Shown piece after piece: positions 8,583 through 19,300 of a stretch of DNA of 64,000 nt. The notes under the pieces are model-generated. The model was not told the DNA's origin, ran no database searches, and saw nothing but the letters and a program-made list of their open reading frames with translations. Every line of letters begins with the position of its first letter. Position 1 is the first letter of the stretch. Both the position numbers and the translations under genes were made by a program. Source of the stretch: Azolla caroliniana. Lineage: Eukaryota; Plantae; Polypodiophyta. The stretch covers positions 19,158,001-19,222,000 of the forward strand of contig JBHGNT010000009.1 in the NCBI GenBank assembly GCA_043228905.1. Direction: 5' to 3'.

Positions 8583-11500
8583 GAAGCGATGAGAACTGGC
8601 AAGGGAAGGTCATCACGGAGTGCTGGTACTGTGGTAGGAAAGGCCACAGGGAAAGTGAGTGCTGGAAGAAGTGCGCCGATTCGGAGAGAACCGGTTCCGG
8701 AAACAGCTCCGGACATACCGACAAGGGAAATCGGCAGCGATCGCACTACGCCGAAGACTCCGGGAGAGCCGGAGAAGGGTCTGCCTTTGTGACGAGACAC
8801 GAAGCAAACTCAATGAAATAGACCACCCCGAGATCGGACGAGGTGTGGTACGTAGACTCCGGCGCGTCAAACCACATGACGAGCCATAAGGAGTGGTTCT
8901 CGTACCTTAAAAAACCGATACAACCTGGAGTAGTCGCAACTAGAGACCACACTCCGCATCCGATCGCGAATGTCGGAGAAGTTCCCCTTAGCCATGTCGG
9001 GCAGAAAGGGAAACTCATGAACGTGCTGCACGTTCCGACAATCATGAAGAACTTGGTCTCGGTCGGACAGATCGTCGACCAAGGGATGGAGGTTTGGTTT
9101 ACACACCTCGGGTGCTTCATTGAGGAAGAAGGCCGTGTGATTGAGCAAGGGCGCAGAGACGGGAGGATGTTCATCCTCAATTCCACTGACGGCAGCACCG
9201 CAATGTTCGTGAAGGGACAAAAATCCGAGTCGGACATCGACTTGTGGCACAAGCGGATAGGCCACGTCAACCACCAGCGGCTTCAAGATCTGCAATCGAA
9301 ACAAGTAGTGTTTAGATTGCCCAAATTTAGTGGCCGAAAGGCACAAATTTGTGAAGCCTGCCAGCTCGGGAAGCAACACCGACTTCCTTTCCCCAATGAG
9401 TGAAACCGGTGCCGGAACAAGCTCGACCTTATACACTCCGATGTATGGGGGCCGACACAAAACATTAGTCTTGGCGGGAGCCGATACTTCGTCTCCTTCA
9501 TCGACGACCACACGCGACACAGGTGGATCTACCTCATTGAGAGGAAGAGCGAAGTCTTCGACTGTTTCCGGGACCTCAAAGGGTTCGTGGAAACGGAAAC
9601 GGGATGAAAGATCAAGTGCCTGTGGTCGGATGGCGGGAAATAGTACTTTTCCGGTCAATTCAACGGTTATCTACAACAAATGGGAATTCGGCGCGAATTC
9701 AGTTGTAGATACACGCCGGAGCAGAACGGCGTGGCCGAGAGGAAGAATCGGTCAGTTGTGGAAGCAGCACGAGCAATGCTGGAGGAGAAGAGCTTGCCTA
9801 AGTTCTACTAGGCCGAGGTGGTAAGGACCGCGGTATACATCCAGAACCGGATCGGAGACAAAGTGTCGGCGCATGAGCTATATTTCGGATCGAAGCCGAA
9901 CTTACGACACTTGAGGGTGTTCGGTAGCATTGTGTATGTGCATGTACCGAAGGAGAAAAGGAGGAAGCTGGACGCAAAGGCCGAGAAATGCATCTTGGTC
10001 GATTACTCGGATGAGCAAAAGGGTTATAAGTGCTATAACCCTCGCACCAAACAAGCGCGTGTTAGCGGCGATGTTGTGTTTGACGAGTCCGCGTCCTGGT
10101 ACCTGCCCCCGACTCCGAACCCCGACTCCAATCCGAGCTCTGACGACGAGGTCAGCGAGGCCGAGATGCCTCTGGATGAGCCCGAAATCGAGACTCGCGA
10201 AGAGAGTCCGATTTCACTCCGCTTAACTGGACCGATTGGATGATTGAGTCAGTACGACCAGTCCGATGAAGAGCCGGCGAATAGTGGAGACTCGGTCGTG
10301 CATTCCCCGCGCAGGAAGCCGAGGAGACGGCTTACGCGCAAAGAGAAAGGGAAGAAGAAGGTGTCGGATTCCGGCACGGATAGGAACGAGTCAGACCGAC
10401 GCGAGTCCGACTCCGAGGGAACCGGTGACGGGTCTTTAAAGGTGAAGTCCGCGTCGACCGAGAAGGCCTCGACAACGGCTAATGTGAGATTACGCCGATC
10501 TACCCGCCAGAAGAATCTTGTTTTGCGGTTCGGATACAACGAGTACATGGCGCATCATTATGTGTACATGACCCGTGTAGCAGAAGTGCGTGAGCCGGGG
10601 AGCTACGCAGAAGCCGCTAAAGACGCGAATTGGCGTGCCGCGATGGAGGAAGAGATGCACGCATTGGCGGAGAACGAGACCTGGGACCTGGTTGACGCAC
10701 CAAGAGGGGTAAAACCGATCGGGTGTAGGTGGGTGTACAAGGTCAAGTACAACACCGATGGCTCGGTCAATCGGTACAAGGCTCGGCTAGTGGCAAAGGG
10801 CTACGCGCAGAAACACGACATCGACTATGATGAGACGTTTGCGCCGGTCGCGAAAATGACGACCGTCCATGTTTTGCTCGTAGTAGCTACGGTGAAGGGG
10901 TGGCACTTACATCAGATGGATGTAAAGAATGCGTTCCTGCAAGGTGACCTTGAGGAACAGGTGTACATGGTACAACCCCCCGGATTTCACTCCGGAACGA
11001 ACTCCTCGGCAGTATGTCGATTGAAGAAGTCCCTTTACGGACTGAAGCAAGCCCCGCGTGCCTGGAACACGAAGATCACGCAACAACTGCGTCGGATGGG
11101 CTTTGTCATGTCGAAATCGGACTCTTCCCTGTTCATCCGGAAAGGTCGACTCGGACCGGTTAGTATTTTATTAAATGTTGATGACTTGGTCATCACCGGC
11201 GCCGACCTAGGTGAAATCGACCACGTGAAGCTCCAGCTTGCGGTATCATTCGACATAAAGGATCTGGGGGACCTTCATTACTTCCTCGGGATCAAAGTGA
11301 TCCATAGCCCCGAAGGCATATTGATCAGCCAACGTCATTACGTGCTGAGTCTGCTCTTCAAATTCGGGATGGCCGAATATAAGTCTGTCTCGACTCCTCT
11401 GGACAGAACCGTCAAGCTTCGTCCCGATACGGGAAAGGTATGCGACCCGACAAGGTTCCGACAAATTGTCGGAAGCCTCATATACTTGACCATCACCCGA

Positions 11501-13103
11501 CCCGACCTCAGTTATCCGGTCGGAGTGATCAGTCAGTTCATGGCTCGACCTACCAAGGAGCACCTTCAGTGTGTGCAACGCATACTTCGGTATGTCAACG
11601 GCACTAAGGACCAGGGACTGCTATATCAAATCGGTGCAGCCGTGCAGTTAGTTGGCTACACTGATGCCGATTGGGCTGGCAATGCCGCCGATCGCCGATC
11701 CATGTCTGGATACGCGTTCTCCCTCGGGAGTGCCGCGGTCACGTGGAGCAGTAAGAAGCAGCCGACAGTTGCACTGTCGAGCACCGAAGCTGAGTACCGA
11801 GGAGCGGTTGTCGCGACATGCGAAGCCATATGGTTGAAACGGCTACTTAAGGACCTGCAAGAGGAGGTGTCAGACCCGACGACGATCTATTGCGACAACC
11901 TCAGCAGCATCCAGCTCGCGAAAAACCCCGTTTTCCACGCACGGACCAAGCACATTGAGGTGCACTACCATTTCTCCGTGAGCGTGTCCTTTCCGGTGAA
12001 GTCGAACTTCAGTACGTGCCGACGGATCGGCAGACTGTCGACATCTTCACCAAGCCTCTTGGTCTGGACAAGTTGCGGCAATTCTCAGGTGCGCTCGGGT
12101 TGCGTCACCTCGACGTGCCAAACTTGAGGGGGAGAACAGTCCCGAACGACCAAGCAAGGCAGCAGGAAAGGAGCGGAGACCGCGACACCGAGTCGGTTGA
12201 CTCGATCGTCGAGTTCGACTTCGGATCGGCTGAAGAAGTCGAGGGCGGACCTGCAGAAAACTCCGGAAGCGGACAGAAGGGGAGCAGTCGAAGGAGAGAG
12301 CCGAAGCCAACCACGCATGGGGAAGATGACGCCATCGAGGACGAGAAGACCGAAGACAAGTTGGAGACAGCCAACTCGGACAAGAGCGAAAACCGATCGG
12401 AGGTAGCCGAGTCGGTTCGGATGTTTGGTTCAGATACGCTGAATCAACCGAGGCCCAAGCAGAAGAACAGGCAACAAGAGAAGCGTCAACACCGCAACAG
12501 CAGAAGAGCTGATAAGGGCCACGTGAGCAGACAAGCCGACCGGAAGGGTCGAAGCGCGCGGAGTCGAACAGGTCGAGGAGCGCGAGCGAGGCAGGAAGCC
12601 AGGAGGAACCGGAGCTGTGAAGATCCCGAAGAGCCTCAAGTTGAGCTTAAGGGGGAGTGTTGAGAGACAAGCTTAACATCGGCCGAATCGGTTGAAGAAG
12701 CCGAGGACCGGATCGGTTAGGCCGAATGCATAAAACCGGTACGCAGGCCGATGCGTAGGTAGGGCCGGATCGGTGCGTAAACCGGGAGGCCGTTAGGAAA
12801 GATATTCCGTGAGGAATATATTTGGGAGTTAGTGTAGGAGCTCTTAATGAGCATTGAAGTACTGTCAGTACTTCTGTCAGTCCTTCTAGGACTTGTATAA
12901 AAGTGTTCATTGAACACACATATGTATAGAGTGGTGAATAGAGATTAAGTTTGTTGTTGTTGAATATAGTTCTTGTGTTTCCTCTCTCTCTCACTCTCTC
13001 TGTCTCTCCCGAGTATACTACGTAAGCTCAAGCTCTCCATTAAACCTGAGTCTTCTTCCTTCTGTTCGGTCTTCCTACTTGCTTCCGCATGCTACTTTTT
13101 ACA
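8583..13103 (+). mobile_element. Element D: 5'-truncated Copia with disrupted gag-pol and 3' LTR
   Basis: Zinc knuckle CWYCGRKGH, WYVDSGAS protease, integrase, RT, RNase H with stops and a frameshift. PPT 12649-12657, LTR 12658-13103. Confidence 0.9.
12658..13103 (+). repeat. 3' LTR of Copia D
   Basis: TGTTGAGAG...TTTTACA; homologous to the LTRs of K1, K2 and O. Confidence 0.85.
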
Positions 13104-13565
13104 ATTATGAGTACTGTCCAAAGAGGAAAGTCAAAATTTCCTCATAAGACTTAAACCCAACCAACAAAACAAGAAGACCACCAAAATCTTACAACATGTG
13201 GCTAACTCATAAGCAATGATGGAGATGGCCAAGATGTTGAGTATGAGCTCTTGAAAAATCTATTCTAACCTCTAATAGATATATATCCGTTTTACCCTAT
13301 TTCTTACTTTTTAAAAGTGGGTATAGATATGTACATATCTATACAAGTGTGGGCCTTTTTTTGATACATGCTGAAATAAGAAATACAATCACTAGCTTTT
13401 ATTATACAAAGGAAAAGACGAAGGTTGGCTAAAGTATGGAAGGTTTGAATGGCTGTAAGTAGTTTAAAAGCCTTGAAAGCCAAAGCTGACCATAGAGATG
13501 TGAAACCGGCTATGAAAGCCAAATAGATTAATAGCCCAAAAGACTATAAGAAGGAAAATATAAGA

Positions 13566-14160
13566 TGTAAAATATTAGGTAGTTATAACAAATTTGTTGG
13601 ATAACGATTGGCCAAACGACATATATTTTCTTGATGTAATACTTCCATGCTTCCTATATAAAGGGGCATGAGCATTGTACAAAGGGTCGGTCTGTAAGTC
13701 ATTATTAAGTTTAATAGAGAATTTTATTTGGAGAATATTAGTTCTATGTTCTGAGTTATATTTTTAAGTGTACTATGGGGAGTTGATTGGTTATAGTTTA
13801 TTCAGAGTGTGTTATGAATAACTCTCTATAGCAGCTGATTGATTATAACTTATATATTTAATCTTTCTATCAATTTGTGATTGTTAAGTCCATACCTCCA
13901 ACCAAAACTTTCGATAAGGATACTTAGGGATTAAGTGTTCGACTACGTGTTTTAGAGATTAAAACTGCTTTATTTGGGAGAGTACCTCTTTCGTTCTATT
14001 ATAAAAGGGTGAAGAGAACTCATTATTGGAGGGGAGAAAGAGAGTGACTCGAAAGCTCTACGGAATTGAGAATCGAGGAAGCTATGGTAGCAAATCAAGA
14101 GTGTGTGTAAGACCAGCATCAACAAGAGGCGACATGGTCGTCGATCATTGGGAGGTTACG
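13566..14160 (+). repeat. Possible degenerate LTR with no partner in the window
   Basis: TGTAA...TTACG ends; CCTATATAAAGGGGCATGAGCATTGTA resembles the TATA context of LTR A. No TSD found. Confidence 0.3.
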
Positions 14161-14516
14161 CCGAAACTCAACCATCTCCCCCCAAAACTTCACTTGAGAT
14201 CGTCTTTTTCCGATTATTCTATTCTTCTTCGTCTTCATCTTCTTCTGTTCAGCATACTCACTGTTTTAGGGTTTAATTTTCTTCTTCTTCGTGAAATTTA
14301 GGGTTCTTAGTTCATGTTTAATTTCTGAAGTTTACCATCGTTGTAATAGAAAAACCCCAAAAACTTGCAATCCCTATTTTATAAAGGGAATCTCTATCTT
14401 AATCTAGCGATTTTGGACCTTCTATTGTAAAATATATTCGTAATTTCATGATCTTTGGGTTAATTATGTGATTCAATCCTAATCTTACGCATAATGCATT
14501 ATGTGGGTTATCGTTG

Positions 14517-14860
14517 CCTTCGGCTCTGAAGCTTCGATTCTGAGGAGCCTTCGACTCTGAAGAATCTTCAACTTTGTAGAACATTCGACTCTAACCTACC
14601 TTCAACTCTATAGATCCGTCGACTCTAACCTACCTTCGAACTCAGACTTACCTCTAACTTTGAAGAAACTTCAACTTTGAATTATCTTCCACATTGACTT
14701 ATCTTCGACTTTGACCTACTTTCAATTCTAACAGTCTTTTGACTAAGCCTTGGAGTCTAACAATCTTTCAACTCTTAGGAACTTTTGACTCGGATGAGCC
14801 TTCGAGTCTAACGATCTTTCGACTCTTAAAACCTTTTAACTCTAATGACCCTTCGAGTCA
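14517..14860. repeat. Degenerate tandem array with a unit of about 20 bp
   Basis: Recurrent CTTCGACTCT / CTTCAACTTT core at roughly 19-21 bp spacing. Confidence 0.7.
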
Positions 14861-14920
14861 CCCATCCTCTTTGGTTCAAGTCCTTGGTGGTCCCGCTCAA
14901 CTAACACCAATACACACATA

Positions 14921-15200
14921 ACTTCATGAAAACGCATAAAAGTAGAATTTTGTGTTTATGTTGTATGCAAGATACGGAAAAATTGTTTGGTAGATTGGAT
15001 GCAACACACTTGCTTCATGATGCATCACTAGATTCCTTTGTAAATGAGGTATTTTTGCAACATCAATGTATCATGACATGGGACAAATGCGGAGGCTCAC
15101 GCTTCACACATTATATTACACATGTTGCACCTAATTACAAAACCATATTCTTCGCAGAAAGGGGAAACCGTACACATCGATACATGTTACAACCCATCCC
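14921..15200 (+). mobile_element. LINE ORF2 C-terminal fragment, cut by LTR H
   Basis: Highly similar to 41267-41527 (HLLHDASLDS...THVAPNYKTIFFAERGN). Confidence 0.8.
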
Positions 15201-15624
15201 TATTAGAGATCTAGATACTAAAGTAAGCTTAAGATAAGGATAAACTAATGATAGATAGAAAGGAGAAAGAGAAAGAAGGGTGCCAATCCACCCGACCACC
15301 CCCGAGCGAAGGGATCGAGACAGACTCAAGCCTCGATCGGCGTCCCATACCACCACCGTGGCGTCAAGTCGTACCTGGTGCTGGCGCGCTCGCTACAAGA
15401 GTTCACCCACCACAAGAGCAGAGTCTCGATGTAGTAAAAAAAGATGATCAAATGAGGGTAGCTAGGCCTCTTATTTATAGCGATACCCAAAGCCCCCAGG
15501 CAAGTTCACACTTGACCTAATGGGTTGTCTTAATCCCGAGGATTAAAAGTAATCCTCCCCTTCTTTACACTCTCGTTTAACCCTCACACTTATTTCGAGC
15601 CCTCACCTTCACAGTTTCGGTGGG
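15201..15624 (-). repeat. 3' LTR of element H (its first ~12 bp lie at 42037-42048, split off by G)
   Basis: Joined flanks give a minus-strand start TGTAACCCCCACCGAAAC preceded by PPT GGAAAGAGAGCGGT. The U5-like part resembles LTR F. TATA on minus near 15475. Confidence 0.7.
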
Positions 15625-15644
15625 TGTCATGATATGGGATGGTA

Positions 15645-15716
15645 TAGCTCTAAAAGGATTTGAAGCCATGACCTTGTGTTACAAGGGTTGAATCCTTACC
15701 ATTAAACCATGCATTG
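15645..15716 (-). other. tRNA-Thr(UGU)-like A-box/B-box module in the 5' LTR of G
   Basis: Minus strand reads TGGTTTAATGGTAAGG...CTTGTAA...AAGGTC-ATGGCTTCAAATCC. Second copy at 40960-41031. Confidence 0.6.
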
Positions 15717-15785
15717 TAATGTAAAAAATATTTTTTTTATTTTTTATTTCACTATAGAAAATTCATGTATATTCCAAATTTCTTT

Positions 15786-15805
15786 GGAACATTCTAGAAA
15801 CTTCA
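15786..15805 (+). promoter_or_regulatory. Perfect four-unit heat-shock element upstream of the LTR G TATA box
   Basis: gGAAcaTTCtaGAAacTTCa fits nGAAnnTTCnnGAAnnTTCn. TATAAATA at 15825. Identical copy at 41100-41119. Confidence 0.75.
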
Positions 15806-16371
15806 GAACTACTTATGACAGTACTATAAATAGAGGCACATGGAATTATTAAGAACCAATTTTGGTCAACGCCAGTCTTAAGCTTCCTAGTTGTTCTTGT
15901 ATCTTCCTTCATATAATATAATATACATCTTGTTGTCATCATTCTCTCTCTTTACTCTCTCTCTCTCTCTTCCCCTCTCGTGATTCTCACACACCCTTTC
16001 CCTTTGTGAAAACTTATATGCAGAAGCGTATGACAAACTAGCTCAGCCGGATACCAATAGAACGTAGGGAAGAAGGTTTAATGGAGACCTTACACAGAGA
16101 ATACATTGGAGAGACAGAGAGAACAAAACATAAACTCAATTCAAAAATAATAATCCTCTGTACATAGAATGTGCTCAGAGAGCACTTTTATGCAAGTCCA
16201 TAAAGAATTGACAAGTACTTCAATGCTCATACGAGCGACTGACGCTGACTCCCAAAAATATGCCTACGTACTAGGTTGGATCCATAGGCCTCTAACAACC
16301 TCCCGGTTTCAATCCAATCCGACTCCTCATTCCAGATATCATCCAGACACCGATTTGGTTCTCCCAATCCA

Positions 16372-19300
16372 TGTTATGTACACATAACGTTGGTAAGGGT
16401 ATGTACATCTAAAAGGCTCTCCATTCATTGGTTGTCCAATATTTACATTAATGAAGGGTATGTTCACTAATGTTAAAAAGGGGACTAATGATTGGATAGA
16501 AGTAATGATAGGTGCATGCACTATCATGATTTGGACAACCAATGAATGGAGAGCCTTTTAGAAAGGCACATCTAATGAAGGGGCCTAGGAAAAAGTATAA
16601 ATATGAGGCTTAGCTACCCTCATACTTGGAGATTACATCGGAAGGCTGTTGTCTTAGACATCGATGGTGTGGGCTAGGCTTTCGTCTCGACAATCGTGTT
16701 TACCTCTTCCAAGGTATTAGTCATCTTAATATCCGGCGGTATGGGACGTTAGTGGTAGGTTGGCTATGTCTAGATCATAGCTCGGGGGCGGTCAGGTGGA
16801 ACGAGTTCTTCTATCTATTCTATTTTCCTTCTTTTACTTTAGTTTTGTCTATTGATTAGTAATAGACTCTTAACAGTGGTATCAGAGCATTTACTAACAA
16901 TGTTTTTTGATGTTTTGATGTTTTTTGCGTTTGAGCGATGGGGATCTAACAAGGCTCGTCATGCTGTTCACAGGATAACAACATTCTTAACCCGATATTC
17001 TTCTTTCTCGATCTCTCTTTTTTCTTCTATGATGCTTTCTTCTTGGTCATATGGAAGTGGTATTACGTTTTCTTTTCTTTTCTTTCTTCTTTCTACCATC
17101 ATACGATGTTAATCTACTTATGCATCGGGTCGAGCATGATTGCACTAATCGCACACACTCAACTCATGGCCCTTTTGCATATTGCGATGTATCTCCCACT
17201 CTCCCCTCTCTTGAGCCATCTCTTACGATAATAATTATTCTTGTGCATCGGGTCGAGCGTGTTTGCCCTAATCGCACACGCTCACCTCATGGCCCTTTTG
17301 CGTATGATGTTGAGTATGCCACTCTTCCCTTTATTGAGCCATCACTTGGCCGATTCTATGGGATGGTGTGGCCTTAACGAGGTATATGTCGCTTACCTAC
17401 GCCACTTTACTCTTTATTGAGCCATCAATTGGCCGATTTTGGGGAGATGTGGTGGTCTTGAGGGGGTGCATGTTGACTACCGTAGGGTGACATCCCTTAA
17501 GGCATGCTTAATGTTGATACACCTAATTGATTATTATTCTACCTATTTTTTAATTACACAAGTTATCTTCTCCCTTTCTTAAGATTTTCTTATGATTTTC
17601 ATCTACCCACCCACACTGCACTATTTTTTAAACCTTAATTTTTATGTTCATCTACACTATTTATGTGTGTTTCCCTATTGGGTAATGATTTTGGGTAGTC
17701 TATTTTTTCGTATTGACTGGGCATCATGCCGCATTTTGAACGATTATTTCCAATGGGTCATCTAGGTTTAACTCATATTATTGAGCCTTAGAACTCAAGT
17801 GAAATCATATGAGTTTCCCTATTGATGTTTTACTCATAAATTTGAGTACTACATCTTTGCGCACAATACCACCACCATTTGTATCAATTTGTGGCTTATG
17901 TCACAATTGTGCAAATTACAACCACCATATTTGGATGTATATGTGCATACCTCGCACCATCCATTTATTTGTGACATTGTTTTTTTAGTATCGTCACTAC
18001 TTGCCTCTAATGGGTAGGGCCTTATTTTATCATTTTTATCATTACATTTGCTTGTTACTTGCAAGACTAGAATATTACTTGCGAGTGCAATTGTTTTTTC
18101 ATGTAATACACTTTCTCGACCATATCAATACATGTTGGGTCGGCATTTTAATATAAGGCTAACTAGGAAACTACGTTGATGTTAGAACCATGGTTGAGCC
18201 TCGGGGAGCCGCCAAGATTATTCAAGATAGAGATCCGGGAAAGACATCTTAGCTATGTTTTCTCCCATGGTTTTTAAAACATCATAGTGTTATCATAGTT
18301 ATCGGATCTTGAAAGACATCTCCTATGTTTAGAGGGGTAAAGACGCGAGATGCTTTCTTGGTAAAGTTCTTCCAATCAAAATTTCAAGCATTCATTTTGC
18401 TTGTGTGTTTTCTAAACCTCCTTATTTATATTGCATAACCACAAGTTGCATCATGGATCAACTTTTGAACACTATTGGAGCGATCTCTCCCACCGAAACC
18501 TCTCAACTCCAATCCGCATCTCGCACACAAGCTGAGATCACTATTGAGCAATTGCTCACTACTACCTTGAATCAATTGGCCAAAATGAGGCAGGCCAATA
18601 TGGCATTGGAAAAGAAATTCCAAGAATTGACTATTGAGTCCAAGAAAGAAGGTGAACCTTCTTTTGTAGTCGCGCCAATTAAGGGAGATAAGAAAGAAAG
18701 AACTAAGGAGGCCATTAACACTTGGCTTGGTCATTGGGAGTCTCACTTTGAGCTCCACCCCAAGCCCGATGCTGTAAAAATTGGTTACGTCGGTCGTTAG
18801 TTAGGTGGCCGAGCTAATGATTTACTCCGAGCAATCGGGTATATCAATGGAACACAAGCACATTTCTTGTTTGATTCTGGTAGTTCTCACAATTTTCTTA
18901 ATGATCACTTTGTGCAGCAACTGGAACTCCACATAAACGCAAGTGATCATATCTATTAAGTTCACATGGCAAATGGAAGTGTTCAATACATCATTGGCAT
19001 TGTTTGTCAACTGCCAATTCAAATAGGTACCTATTTGGAGAAGCTTGACTTTCATGTTATGAAACTACAATCCGCAGATGTCATTTTAGGATACCGCTGG
19101 TTTTTTAATAAAAACCCTTCTTTGTCCATTGATTGGGTTAATCACTCAATCATATTTGAACTTAATAATTGTAAACATTTTATTCAATGTTCCAAACTTC
19201 CTTCTCATTCACTTGTGTCTTCTAAATCTTTAAGTGAGTATTCAAGTTCATTAATTTATTCGTGTGTAATTGATCCTGCACTTCAATTTTATTATTTTAA

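Noticed and set aside
8867-9658. Long antisense ORFs over pol regions (also 29263-29829, 29567-30058)
   Set aside because: Shadow frames of GC-rich coding sequence with no recognisable motif.
12016-12663. env-like gene after pol
   Set aside because: No signal peptide or transmembrane segment; it is highly charged and continuous with the RNase H frame.
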